Below are positions 1-8,804 of a stretch of 44,232 bases of DNA, one piece after another. The notes under the pieces are model-generated. The model saw nothing but the letters and a program-made list of their open reading frames with translations. It ran no database searches and was not told the DNA's origin. The number at the start of each line of letters is the position of its first letter. Positions within the stretch are counted from its first letter, which is position 1. Both the position numbers and the translations under genes were made by a program. Location of the stretch: IMG/VR virus record IMGVR_UViG_3300043610_000032, positions 1-44,232 of that record. One strand, written 5' to 3'. This DNA is from a virus. Taxonomy: Duplodnaviria > Caudoviricetes.

Positions 1-762
1 CCCGAGCACCTTGACCAGCGCCCGGATGCTCTCGATCTCCGTGTTGATCTGAACGTTCTTCGCCTTCTGCGCGTTGTTCTGCGCGACCGCGACCTGCTCG
101 GCGGCGAGCGCCTTCTGGTTGTCCTCGGGGATCGTGGGGCGTTGAAGCTTCAGCGCGAAGTGAGCGAAGTAGGAGCCGCCTGCGAGGGACTGGACTTGCG
201 TGGCGAGGTCGGTGTTCAGCGCGGCCTCGACCTGCTGCTTGATCGCGTCGTTGTTGTACAGGTCCCGGTAGCCGTTCTTGCTGGCCTCGGTTGCCAGGGC
301 GCGGTGCAGCGGCTGCCCGATGTAGATGTTGACCATCCGCGTCCACCCGTCGGAGGTGGTGTCGTCGTCGTCCATGAACGCGGAGAACTTGAGGCCAATC
401 TGTTCGTGGAACTTCCGGAGCGTGTCGCAGTTGGTGTCGAGTTGGAACGTCACAACCCCGGCGAAGGACACCTGAACGTTGTCTTTGGAGACGGTGCCGA
501 ACGGCGGCGAGTCGGCTTCCTTGCCGCCGGTGAAGTCGAACGTGCGCTGCCCGGCCGGGTAGTAGTAGTAGCGGTCCGCGAGCCCGTGGCCGGTGTGGCG
601 TTCCTTGTGGGACGGGTCGGTGCAGCCCTTGAACTTGCCGGACTCGGTCCAGCCGTAGCCGTACTTGACGGCATCCTGGTCGGGCGCGGTGGACACGGTG
701 GTGCAGCCGGCAACGGCGAGCGCGGCGAGCGCGGCGAGCGGAATGGCGATGCGTCTGGTCAC
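1..762 (-). CDS. SPFH/band-7-like lipoprotein (3' end runs off the window)
   Basis: Manually translated frame from GTG 762 (overlaps the upstream stop): MTRRIAIPLAALAALAVAGC lipobox, then YYYYPAGQRTFDF..VSKDNVQVSFAGVVTFQL..GW..LQRPTIP and a coiled coil, the pattern of actinophage band-7 proteins. Confidence 0.75.
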   Translation of the reverse strand, partial: MTRRIAIPLAALAALAVAGCTTVSTAPDQDAVKYGYGWTESGKFKGCTDPSHKERHTGHGLADRYYYYPAGQRTFDFTGGKEADSPPFGTVSKDNVQVSFAGVVTFQLDTNCDTLRKFHEQIGLKFSAFMDDDDTTSDGWTRMVNIYIGQPLHRALATEASKNGYRDLYNNDAIKQQVEAALNTDLATQVQSLAGGSYFAHFALKLQRPTIPEDNQKALAAEQVAVAQNNAQKAKNVQINTEIESIRALVKVLG

Positions 763-989
763 TTGGTGTGCGTCCCCTTGTAGTCGGCGATCATCTTGCG
801 GATGGCGGTGGAGAGGGTGTGGTCGATCTCGGCGTGGGCGTATGCCTCCTCGCGGATCGCGTCGATCAGCGCGTCGGCCCGGGCCAGTGCGCGCCGGTTC
901 TCGGCGCCCATGCCCTGCCGGACGAAGTAGACGAGCGTCGCCAGCAGGGCGAAGAACACGACCAGCGTGGCTATGACGATGGGCGGCAC
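759..989 (-). CDS. small membrane protein
   Basis: N-terminal TM helix, GAGGAG RBS, stop overlaps the next start. Confidence 0.7.
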   Translation of the reverse strand: MPPIVIATLVVFFALLATLVYFVRQGMGAENRRALARADALIDAIREEAYAHAEIDHTLSTAIRKMIADYKGTHTK

Positions 990-1010
990 GGGCCGTCTCC
1001 TCTCAGGTGG

Positions 1011-2099
1011 TCAGCGGGTGGCGGACTGCGCGGCAGCCTCGGCGTTGATCGCGGCCAGGTCGGCGTCGGTCGGCTCCGCCGTGTCGTCGCCCTCGATCAG
1101 CGCCAGCACCGTCTCCGGACTCATCTGCGACAGGGTGTCGATCAGCGCCGTCGCCTCGGCCTTGGTGAGTTCCTTGCTCGAGCCGATCGGCCGGCCGGTG
1201 ACTTCGCTGATGACCCGCAGTCCGCGGTCTCGGTCGCCGCAGTTCAGTTCCCCCAGCGTGGCGTGCAACTTCTTCTGCTGCGCCGCGGTGATCCCTTCAA
1301 CCGCGGGCGGCTGGTCGTAGCCGTCCTCGCCGGGTAGCGGCGGCGGCCCCGCGGCCCCCACGGTTGCCGTGGCGTCCGTCGGCGCGGGGAGTGCCCGGAC
1401 CGCCCCCGACCGTGGCCTGGTGGCACGCTGGGCCGTCCGCGCGACCGCCGCGGGCGTGGTCCCGTCGTCCTCGTCCCACAGCTCCTCCACCACCGGAATG
1501 CCCTTGAGTACCTCCGGGGCGGTGCGGCGGCACGCGATCGACGCCGCGCGGGCGTACAGCATCGACTGCGGGTCCTCGTTGTACTTCTTGTTCTGCGCGA
1601 CGTACCCGGCCTTCTTCGCCCGTTCGATGGTGAACACGACCCGCTCGATGTGCTGCGACCCGACCCGCCGGCCACACACGATCGCCCGGGCGTCGGTGAC
1701 GTCCTCGGTCCAGATCTCATGCCCGGCGGCCTGTACCAGCGCGACCATCGTCTCCGCGTACAGGCCGGGCTTGCCCTTGATGACGATGACGTTCGCCAGC
1801 GCCTGCATGGGAGACAGCCCGATCTCGCCGCCGTACAACACCGCAGCGGTGGCGGTGGCGATGGCGACCTGCCGAGCCTGGTACCGCTCCTCGACGGTGG
1901 CCCGCGGGTCGATCCGCGGGCGGAACGCATCCGGCACGAACGGGCTGTCCACCAGCCGCTCGACGAGATCGGACGCGGCCTGCGCGGTCCGCGCCCAGAT
2001 CTGGATGGCGGCCACACCGTCGGGGACCGTCGGTTCCCGGACCGCGGGGACCGCGGCGTCCCGCCACCGGTCCGGGTCGTGTCGCTCAAGCTCGGTCAC
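1011..2099 (-). CDS. RecT-like ssDNA-annealing recombinase
   Basis: GGEIGLSPMQAL..VIKGKP..FTIERAKKAG..Y..DPQSMLYARA..R..APEVLKG motifs; GTGA-coupled to the exonuclease. Confidence 0.8.
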   Translation of the reverse strand: MTELERHDPDRWRDAAVPAVREPTVPDGVAAIQIWARTAQAASDLVERLVDSPFVPDAFRPRIDPRATVEERYQARQVAIATATAAVLYGGEIGLSPMQALANVIVIKGKPGLYAETMVALVQAAGHEIWTEDVTDARAIVCGRRVGSQHIERVVFTIERAKKAGYVAQNKKYNEDPQSMLYARAASIACRRTAPEVLKGIPVVEELWDEDDGTTPAAVARTAQRATRPRSGAVRALPAPTDATATVGAAGPPPLPGEDGYDQPPAVEGITAAQQKKLHATLGELNCGDRDRGLRVISEVTGRPIGSSKELTKAEATALIDTLSQMSPETVLALIEGDDTAEPTDADLAAINAEAAAQSATR

Positions 2100-2875
2100 G
2101 TCTCGTCCAATCTGGACAGTCGGTAGGTGGAGGTCACGGGCGCTTGGATGGGCTCGCCCACCAGCGAGCGGGAATCGGCGACGAACCGGGCGACCTGCTG
2201 CGCGTACAGGAAGGCCCGGAACTGGTCCGGGCCGGCCTCCACCGGCACGAGGGAGTACCCGTCGGCGCGGATGTGGACGGCGCCCGTCCAGTCGATCTTC
2301 GGCATGGCGCACTCTTCGCCGGTGTCGTCCACGAACGCATCGGCGTACCGGTATGCGGCGAGCTGGAGCGCGGTCTCACCGAAGATCCCCGACCGGGACG
2401 ACTTCAGATCCACCAGCCGCCACCCGTCGATCAGGTCGAGGGTGCCGGCGTACCCGTGCTTGTGGGACACAACGGTCGCCTCGACCAGCACGGGCTCGAC
2501 TTGCTGCTCGTCGAGATATCGCACGTAGGACTCGACGTAGCCGGCGAGGACATCCGGGACCTGTACCTGTCGGCCCAGCACCAGTTCGGCGGCGAGCTTG
2601 TGTATCGCGGTGCCCTTGTTCGCGGCGGCGTCGGTGTTGGCGTATCTCGCGCCCTTCAACGTCTTGAGCCGCACCGACGGGGCCATGGCCGCAAGGTCGG
2701 CCCACTGGTCCACGGCGTACTCCGCGGTGACGTCCCCGGCCCACTTGAGTAGGGCGGGTTTGGGGATGCCGTCGGAGATGATCGAGGTGACGCCTGGCAC
2801 CTTGATGCCGTTGGCGTCTGTGTATCCGTGGCCCTTGCCGTAGTTGCGGCGGCGGATCGGCGGCGTGTAGCTCAT
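2096..2875 (-). CDS. PD-(D/E)XK exonuclease (RecE/Cas4-like)
   Basis: VPGVTSII..KPAL..W, GTAIH, GYAGTLD, VDLKS, LQLAAY motifs; ATG 2875 with GGAGG RBS. Confidence 0.85.
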   Translation of the reverse strand: MSYTPPIRRRNYGKGHGYTDANGIKVPGVTSIISDGIPKPALLKWAGDVTAEYAVDQWADLAAMAPSVRLKTLKGARYANTDAAANKGTAIHKLAAELVLGRQVQVPDVLAGYVESYVRYLDEQQVEPVLVEATVVSHKHGYAGTLDLIDGWRLVDLKSSRSGIFGETALQLAAYRYADAFVDDTGEECAMPKIDWTGAVHIRADGYSLVPVEAGPDQFRAFLYAQQVARFVADSRSLVGEPIQAPVTSTYRLSRLDET

Positions 2876-3051
2876 TGTCCTGCCTCCTCCTGGAGTAGCC
2901 AGCCGATGCCGCCGGTCTCGTAGCCCGCGGCCGTGGCGTCGGACCAGTCGTCGTCGGTGTCGATGTCGGCTTCGTGGTCGGCGCGGAGCAGCACCCAGGC
3001 GCCGGCCAGGGACGCCAACGACAGCACCACCCACAGGAGCAGGGTCTTCAT
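2872..3051 (-). CDS. small membrane protein with acidic tail
   Basis: MKTLLLWVVLSLASLAGAWVLL; ATGA coupling at both ends. Confidence 0.6.
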   Translation of the reverse strand: MKTLLLWVVLSLASLAGAWVLLRADHEADIDTDDDWSDATAAGYETGGIGWLLQEEAGQ

Positions 3052-3404
3052 GACGGCCCCTCGGGTTGTTGCTGGTAGGCGGCCTCGACCCGCGCCACCC
3101 ACTCCTCAATGATCGGCACGACCTCCTCCAACACCCACCGGCGTTTCGCCGGCTTCTGCCTTGCCGCCCACCCGGCCAGCTCCGCGGCGAGCGATATCCC
3201 CGCCCCAGCTTCGCGGTGGACCCTGGCCGCGAACGCCTTGTACCCGGCGACCGCGTCGCGGTATGTCTCGACGTCGAAGGCCGCGCCGTCCCGGATTTGC
3301 AGCCACGCGCATTCGGCGCTGGTGAATATGCCGAGTCCAGGTTCTTCGACGGCGGCGCGCAGGATCGCGCGCGCGCTGTTGGCGACGCCCGGCGGCGTGC
3401 TCAT
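3048..3404 (-). CDS. hypothetical protein
   Basis: ATGA-coupled, protein-like composition. Confidence 0.65.
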   Translation of the reverse strand: MSTPPGVANSARAILRAAVEEPGLGIFTSAECAWLQIRDGAAFDVETYRDAVAGYKAFAARVHREAGAGISLAAELAGWAARQKPAKRRWVLEEVVPIIEEWVARVEAAYQQQPEGPS

Positions 3405-3835
3405 GCCGGCCCCCCGGGCAGGTGCACGTCCACGACGGGCCGCGGAGGTGCTGCGACCTCGGGGGCGCTGCGGTGCGGCCATCCGGCCGCCGCCTCACCC
3501 TCAAGGCACGCCGCGCACGGGTACCCGCCAGCGACGCCGAACCGGGAATGCGCGGCGCACCAGACCTGGCCGACGAACTGGACGCCGCCGGGGTTCAGCG
3601 CCATCACGGCCACACCGCGGGCCAACGAGTTGAACGCTGCCGCGGTCTCGCCCCGCTTCTTGGCGGGGTACAGGATGATGTCGCCGTGGGCGGGGATCTG
3701 CTCGAGTGCGTCCGCACGCCATGCGCGGATGGCGTCGGCGCGGGTCTCGCCGGACAGGGCGTCCAGCTCGGCCAGCCGCAGCGGGACCGCCGCGGCGAGG
3801 GTGCAGGTGAGCAGTTCCCGGACGATGTCGGTCAT
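3401..3835 (-). CDS. conserved actinophage hypothetical protein
   Basis: AAVPL..HGDIILY..AFNSLARGVA..PGGV.F.G..W pattern; GGGAGGA RBS. Confidence 0.7.
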   Translation of the reverse strand: MTDIVRELLTCTLAAAVPLRLAELDALSGETRADAIRAWRADALEQIPAHGDIILYPAKKRGETAAAFNSLARGVAVMALNPGGVQFVGQVWCAAHSRFGVAGGYPCAACLEGEAAAGWPHRSAPEVAAPPRPVVDVHLPGGPA

Positions 3836-3993
3836 GACGGGCCGTCCTCGCGCCAGGCGCATTCGCCCGCGGCGCGGCAGAAGTCGTCGGGGCAGCCGTC
3901 ACGACAGAAGTGGCCGTCGTCGAAGTGGCTATCGTCGAGGGGGCCGCTGGTGACGTCGTCGTCGTAGAACTCGTCGCCGGAGTAGATGGTCAC
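3832..3993 (-). CDS. small acidic Cys-rich protein
   Basis: MTIYSGDEFYDDD..CRDGCPDDFCRAAGEC; coupled at both ends. Confidence 0.55.
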   Translation of the reverse strand: MTIYSGDEFYDDDVTSGPLDDSHFDDGHFCRDGCPDDFCRAAGECAWREDGPS

Positions 3994-4169
3994 CGTGTCG
4001 CCGCCGCTGGTAGGTGCCGCTCCAGCAGGTCGGCGAGCGGGTGCGCCCCGGCAGGCACGATCTGGTACTCGACCCATTCGCCGTGGACCAGCCCGCCCCA
4101 TGTGGCGTAGCCCTCGGCTAGCCAGCCGCTGACCTGGGCGGTGGGGGTTTCGGAGTCGGATACGGTCAC
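3990..4169 (-). CDS. hypothetical protein (59 aa)
   Basis: Manual translation MTVSDSETPTAQVSGWLAEGYATWGGLVHGEW..; GTGA overlaps at both ends. Confidence 0.55.
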   Translation of the reverse strand: MTVSDSETPTAQVSGWLAEGYATWGGLVHGEWVEYQIVPAGAHPLADLLERHLPAAATR

Positions 4170-4660
4170 TGGCCGGCCCCCGGCATGAGCGCCCGACGTG
4201 AGTAGTCCGGCAGCAGCGCGGGCACCGCGCCGGTCTGGTACGCCGCCGCGATCTGCACGCCCACCGCCTGCGCCACCGTCTCCCCACCCGGCAGCACCGT
4301 GTACGCCAGGAACTCATCCTCAAACACCGCGATGCCGGCCTCAACGGCTTCCAGCTTCGCCTTGACGACCAACGCCAGCGCACGCCAGCGCTGCCGCACC
4401 GCGCGCTCATACTCGGCTTCGACCTGAGCGGGGGTGCGCTTCGTACCCCGGGCGGGGGTGTGGGTGAACTCGCGGTCCGCCGGGTCGGGCAGCGGCAGCA
4501 CGAACCGGACCTGCCGGCCGTGCGCGACGAACCCGATAACCGCTCCGGCCCGGTCCCAGCCGTAGGCGAACTGCACGGCGCCGTACCGCTTCAGGGTGCG
4601 CTCAACCTCGGCGCGGCTCCGATCGCTGGTGACTTCGGTGTGCCCGGCGTATCGGGTCAC
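4166..4660 (-). CDS. conserved phage hypothetical protein
   Basis: YA..T.V...RS..E....L..YGA..F..WRALALVVKAKLEAVEAGI..FE.EFL pattern, widespread in phages. Confidence 0.75.
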   Translation of the reverse strand: MTRYAGHTEVTSDRSRAEVERTLKRYGAVQFAYGWDRAGAVIGFVAHGRQVRFVLPLPDPADREFTHTPARGTKRTPAQVEAEYERAVRQRWRALALVVKAKLEAVEAGIAVFEDEFLAYTVLPGGETVAQAVGVQIAAAYQTGAVPALLPDYSRRALMPGAGQ

Positions 4661-5319
4661 CGGCCGGCCCCCGGCTGCTCGGCGTCCAGCGCGCGGATCG
4701 TGCGGCACGGCCACGCCGGCCGGGAAAGCCCGTGGTCCCGTCCGCGGCACTCCGGGTCGTGCCCGTGTCCGGGTTCGGCGCTGTAGCAGCAGCCGTGCCG
4801 CGGGTTGGCGTCCCGCGGGTGCAGGTCCCGGACCTGCTGTACCTGCGCGGCGAGCCCGTCCCGCTCGACCATGACCCGTTCGGCGGTGGCGATGGAGTCC
4901 CGGGCCTCGTCCTCGGTGACCGCGTTCTCGGCCCGCAGCGCCTCGTTCTCCTCCCGCAGCCGGTCCAGTTCGGCGCTGGCCGCGTCCCAGCCTTCGCCCG
5001 CCTCGCGGAGCTGACGTTCCAACGTCTCCACCGTTGCGGCGAGCCGGTCCCGATCGGCGTCGGCCGCCTTGACGCGGGCCTCCCAGACCCTCCCGGCGTT
5101 GCGCTGCGCAGTCATCTGCTCAAGGTCGGCCCGCAGCGACGCGGTCAGCCGCCGCAGCGCCTCGTTCTCGCCGCCGAGCCGCCCGTTGTCCTCGCTGAGG
5201 CTGTTGACCGCGGCGTTGTACTGGTCGGCGGTCTCCCGCGTCCGGTCGTAGGCTTCGATCACGTCCCGCACGTATTGCCGAATCCCCTCAATCCGCGCGT
5301 CCCCGAAGTTGTGGGTCAC
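4657..5319 (-). CDS. coiled-coil protein with C-terminal Cys/His (WPC) motif
   Basis: Long heptad-rich region followed by LH..CC..HDPEC..WPC.T. Confidence 0.7.
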   Translation of the reverse strand: MTHNFGDARIEGIRQYVRDVIEAYDRTRETADQYNAAVNSLSEDNGRLGGENEALRRLTASLRADLEQMTAQRNAGRVWEARVKAADADRDRLAATVETLERQLREAGEGWDAASAELDRLREENEALRAENAVTEDEARDSIATAERVMVERDGLAAQVQQVRDLHPRDANPRHGCCYSAEPGHGHDPECRGRDHGLSRPAWPCRTIRALDAEQPGAGR

Positions 5320-5636
5320 CGTGCCCCCTCGGCCAACGCGCTGAGGCGGGCCTGCAGGGCCAGCAGGGCCTGCTGCGCCGCGTCGATCGGCTGTTCGCGG
5401 ACCCGCAGCGCGCTCGCGTGGATCCCCGCGGTGGCCATCAGCATGGCCAGCGCTTCGGCGTCGGCGCGGTCTTCGCACAGCACCCACGCCCGCGACCCGA
5501 CCGGCGTCATCGGCCCATCGACGATCCGACCGACCGGGTCGTAGTGCTGCCGGAAGGCGAACCACCACGCGCCGCCGGACGTCGTCGCGTAGACGCGGGC
5601 CTCGTTGACCTCGACACCCCAGGCGCTGTCAGGCAT
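5316..5636 (-). CDS. hypothetical protein
   Basis: Fills the operon gap with overlapping termini. Confidence 0.6.
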   Translation of the reverse strand: MPDSAWGVEVNEARVYATTSGGAWWFAFRQHYDPVGRIVDGPMTPVGSRAWVLCEDRADAEALAMLMATAGIHASALRVREQPIDAAQQALLALQARLSALAEGAR

Positions 5637-5850
5637 CGGGCACCGCCACGTCTTCGATCTCTTCGATCCGGACCCGGAAACGGGCCACGACCGCCCCGTC
5701 CCTGTCGCGGACCGACACCTCGCCGACGCCGTACAGGTAGGACTCCACGTCGAGTAGCCGGTCCGGGTCGAGCTGGACGTACAGGTCGTTGTCGCAGGCG
5801 CCAGAGAGCGCCTGAAAGATCTGGTCCGGTGCGAAGTACTCGGCCATCAC
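5629..5850 (-). CDS. hypothetical protein
   Basis: MAEYFAPDQIFQALSG..; GTGA coupling. Confidence 0.6.
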   Translation of the reverse strand: MMAEYFAPDQIFQALSGACDNDLYVQLDPDRLLDVESYLYGVGEVSVRDRDGAVVARFRVRIEEIEDVAVPDA

Positions 5851-6077
5851 GGGCCCCCTTCGGTCGGTGCGGCGTGGTAGGCGCCGAGCAGTCGGACTGC
5901 CAGGACGGGCGCGGCGAACAGCAGCAACGTCAACGCCAGCGGACACGCCCTGCGGGCATCGGCGGACCGGACCCGGACGCGGTGCGCGTCGGCGCGGTTC
6001 TCGCCGCGGGCCAACGCCGCGTACTGGGCGCAGGTGTACGGGGAGTGGTTGATGCGGCACGTCGGGCAGGCGGCCAT
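5847..6077 (-). CDS. small membrane protein with CxxC..H..C motif
   Basis: MAACPTCRINHSPYTC plus C-terminal TM; TGATG coupling. Confidence 0.55.
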   Translation of the reverse strand: MAACPTCRINHSPYTCAQYAALARGENRADAHRVRVRSADARRACPLALTLLLFAAPVLAVRLLGAYHAAPTEGGP

Positions 6078-6712
6078 CAGAACGGCTCCGGTCCGCGGCC
6101 GACGCACGCCCCATCGCAGTAGTCGGGCTCCTCGGCGCCGTCGTGGGGCTGATGCCCCGGGCAGTGGGGATCGCCGTCCTGTGTGGATTGCGACGGTGCG
6201 CAGCCGAACGTCGCGCCCGCCGTGTCGATGCTGTAGCCGTCCATGCGCCGCAGCCACTCGCCCTCATCGGCGCCGGTCCACTCCACCTCGGCCAGTGGGA
6301 CATCCCCCGCCATGCGATCGGCGACGTAGTTCAGCAATCGCCCCAACCCGACAGGCCGAGAGGGCTCCTTGCCCGTCTGCAGGTCGGGGCCGACGGGCAG
6401 GGCTCGGGTCGTCGCAGCGATCCCGCCCTCCCCGGATCCACCAGCGGGCTCACCCGCCGGCCCCTGGTCCATCAGCCCGGTAGACACCGTCCCCGGTGTC
6501 GCGCCGCCCATCTCCCACAGCCGCGCCAACTGGGCGTCAGTCGGCGGCCCCTGCTGCGACGGGACGACGGTGACCACAACCCCGGCGGTCAGCGGCGCGG
6601 TCAGGGTGCCCCCGAACCCGGTGACGACGCTGACGATCTTCTCGTCGGCGTATTCGACGCGGCCGACGATCGTGACGACCACGTCGGCGCCGACGGGCAG
6701 CGGGCCGGTCAC
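6077..6712 (-). CDS. hypothetical multi-module protein
   Basis: GTG 6712 coupled; C-terminal CPGH.PH..YCDGAC. Confidence 0.6.
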   Translation of the reverse strand: MTGPLPVGADVVVTIVGRVEYADEKIVSVVTGFGGTLTAPLTAGVVVTVVPSQQGPPTDAQLARLWEMGGATPGTVSTGLMDQGPAGEPAGGSGEGGIAATTRALPVGPDLQTGKEPSRPVGLGRLLNYVADRMAGDVPLAEVEWTGADEGEWLRRMDGYSIDTAGATFGCAPSQSTQDGDPHCPGHQPHDGAEEPDYCDGACVGRGPEPF

Positions 6713-7164
6713 GGCGTCACCGCCGGGGTGTCCACATCGGACAGCAGCGGCGAGCAGACGACCATCCACCGGGCCACCGTCATCTCCTCATCGAGCAGGT
6801 GCTGCTGCTCGGTCCACAGCCCGTCCAGCACCTGCTCCCGGTAGCCGTCGCGGTCGCGGATCGGCCCGTCGATGTAGGTGTCGATCGCGTCCGGGTCGCC
6901 CTCGAGCCGGTCGATCTGCGTGTGCACGTCGTGGTACTTGGCGCAGTAGCGGCACAGGTCGGCCCACTGTTCGGCGTTCCACGACGGCGCCAGCAATAGC
7001 AGCAGCGTCCACGTCCGGTCGTTCGCGTTCGGCTCGAACGTGTCGTGGCAGGCGAGGGCGACCAGCGCGGCGGCGCGCCGCTCGAGGTCGCGGCCGTCGT
7101 CGAGGGCGTGCTGGACGAGGGTCGCGAGGCCGAGGGTTGCGGCGTCGTACGTCTCGGCGGTCAC
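6709..7164 (-). CDS. hypothetical protein
   Basis: Coupled ORF with protein-like composition. Confidence 0.65.
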   Translation of the reverse strand: MTAETYDAATLGLATLVQHALDDGRDLERRAAALVALACHDTFEPNANDRTWTLLLLLAPSWNAEQWADLCRYCAKYHDVHTQIDRLEGDPDAIDTYIDGPIRDRDGYREQVLDGLWTEQQHLLDEEMTVARWMVVCSPLLSDVDTPAVTP

Positions 7165-7388
7165 AGCGCACCGGCCGGGACGATCCGGTAGAACTCCGGA
7201 TTGATCCCGCTGTTGGCGGCGACGAACGCCTCAGCCCCAGCCAGCGTCAGGCCACTCTTCGACACGACCGGATACCCGCTGTACGGCATCGCGGCCTGCC
7301 CCGGCGGGCGGATCATCATCTCGTTGAGCTGCTGATACCACTCGTAGCTCGGGTGGTAGATGACGGCGTACAGCTCCGGGCCGGTCAC
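7161..7388 (-). CDS. hypothetical protein
   Basis: Coupled ORF. Confidence 0.6.
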   Translation of the reverse strand: MTGPELYAVIYHPSYEWYQQLNEMMIRPPGQAAMPYSGYPVVSKSGLTLAGAEAFVAANSGINPEFYRIVPAGAL

Positions 7389-7675
7389 AAGACGCCGCCC
7401 TTCGGCATGGCCGTCTTCACGCCATCCATGTCCACGGTGGTGCCGTCCGCGGTGGCTGCGGCCACGGCGACCCAGGCCAGCTCCTCGTTACGGTGCGCGG
7501 CGAACTGCCGGGGAAGCGCGTACGACGACGGTTGAATGGCGGTCGCTGCGGCCAGCGCCAGCGTCGCGTGGACCTGGGCCGTCGCCACAGCGATCTGGCG
7601 GTCCTCGCGGCCGCTCGCCGGCCACTCCGCCAGTAGCAGCCTTTCGGCTTCGCGGAAATGCTCCGGGCCGGTCAT
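7385..7675 (-). CDS. conserved actinophage hypothetical protein
   Basis: MTGPEHFREAERLL..AQVHATLALAAAT..W pattern. Confidence 0.7.
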   Translation of the reverse strand: MTGPEHFREAERLLLAEWPASGREDRQIAVATAQVHATLALAAATAIQPSSYALPRQFAAHRNEELAWVAVAAATADGTTVDMDGVKTAMPKGGVL

Positions 7676-7878
7676 CGGTCACGCTCCGGCCTGACGTCGG
7701 TGACGCCCGCTGATTCGCAGTGCTCATCGAATACGGCCTCATCGAGGGCGGCGCGGAACCCGCGGGCCCACGGCACAACCCCGGCGGCGATGAGGCCGAG
7801 CACACCGAGCACACCGGCCAGCAGGAGACAGAGCAGGATCCACGACAGCGGGGTCATCCCGTGCAGCAGGCCGGTCAC
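7672..7878 (-). CDS. small membrane protein
   Basis: Single hydrophobic TM segment; coupled. Confidence 0.6.
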   Translation of the reverse strand: MTGLLHGMTPLSWILLCLLLAGVLGVLGLIAAGVVPWARGFRAALDEAVFDEHCESAGVTDVRPERDR

Positions 7879-8162
7879 TGCCCGGCCCTCGCGGCTGCGG
7901 CGGCCTCACGCAGAGCAGCGACGACCTCCGCCTGCGTCCTACCCTCGACGTCGTTCCATGCAGCGATGCCGACGACACCGAGGTGCGTGCGGATAGCATC
8001 CATGGCCGCGACTCCCAACTCGGTGAGGGCCGCGGCTGCATAGATCGCCTCCACCGCGCACGGCTTCTCGCCCGGCTGCCAGACGGCACCCTGCCTCCAC
8101 GCCACCGCTACGGCATCTGCCGCTGCGTCCAGCACTTCCGCCACGGTCGTCGGCGCGGTCAC
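7875..8162 (-). CDS. DUF6197-like protein
   Basis: W.QG..C...AI..WND..GRT..EV..ALR motif. Confidence 0.7.
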   Translation of the reverse strand: MTAPTTVAEVLDAAADAVAVAWRQGAVWQPGEKPCAVEAIYAAAALTELGVAAMDAIRTHLGVVGIAAWNDVEGRTQAEVVAALREAAAAARAGQ

Positions 8163-8455
8163 GGCTGAGCCTTGTCGGGAACCTGCGCCCACTGCATGCC
8201 GTTGGACCAGACCCGGACGCCCGCAGCGTCGGTGACATCCTCGGCTTCCATGTCCCCGGAGTCGTCCCGGCTCCACTGCTCGCCCCAGCCGCTGCACAGC
8301 GCGCAGATGCCGCCGGGCGCCTCCTCATACGCCAGCGCGATCGCCGCGTCGGCGTCCGTGGCCCCGACGGTGACACTGGTCGACAACACCGTCGTGAAGT
8401 GCACGGTGTACGTCTGCGGCTCGTTGGTGGCTTCGGTGTTCTCAGGTACCGTCAT
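8159..8455 (-). CDS. hypothetical protein (CxxC)
   Basis: YTVHF..S.SVTV.A..A..A.E..ICALCSGWG; AAGGAAGG RBS. Confidence 0.7.
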   Translation of the reverse strand: MTVPENTEATNEPQTYTVHFTTVLSTSVTVGATDADAAIALAYEEAPGGICALCSGWGEQWSRDDSGDMEAEDVTDAAGVRVWSNGMQWAQVPDKAQP

Positions 8456-8588
8456 CTCGTTCCGAGTCCTTCCTTTGGTGGATCCGTCTCGGATGGGCGG
8501 GCCGACCGGTGGACGGGCGGCCCGCCCCTTACTGCGCCCTACTCCCAGGTGTTGCTGTCCATGCCCCGCCTCCCCGTCGTCGTGTCGG

Positions 8589-8804
8589 TCAGGCCGCCGG
8601 GTGGCGGCCGGTGGTACAGACCCGGGCCACAGCCAGCCACGCCGCGTCTGCGGTCCGGGCGGCGAGAGCGCGGCCGAGGGTCCGGGCGTCGGCGGTCGCC
8701 TGCGCGGTGAGTAGCGGCCGGGGCCCCGCCCCACGGGTTCGGGTCCCGGGGGCGGGGTCCGGTCGCCCGGCCGCCGGAGCTGCGACCGGGACGCTGGCGG
8801 TCAC
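8589..8804 (-). CDS. low-complexity hypothetical ORF overlapping a long hairpin
   Basis: GTGA-coupled start, but weak coding signal. Confidence 0.35.
   Translation of the reverse strand: MTASVPVAAPAAGRPDPAPGTRTRGAGPRPLLTAQATADARTLGRALAARTADAAWLAVARVCTTGRHPAA

Noticed and set aside
714-740. 9-bp tandem repeat x3
   Set aside because: Just encodes LAALAALA in the signal peptide
2096-2875. Cas4-like nuclease as evidence of CRISPR
   Set aside because: No array or other cas genes seen; its pairing with RecT explains it
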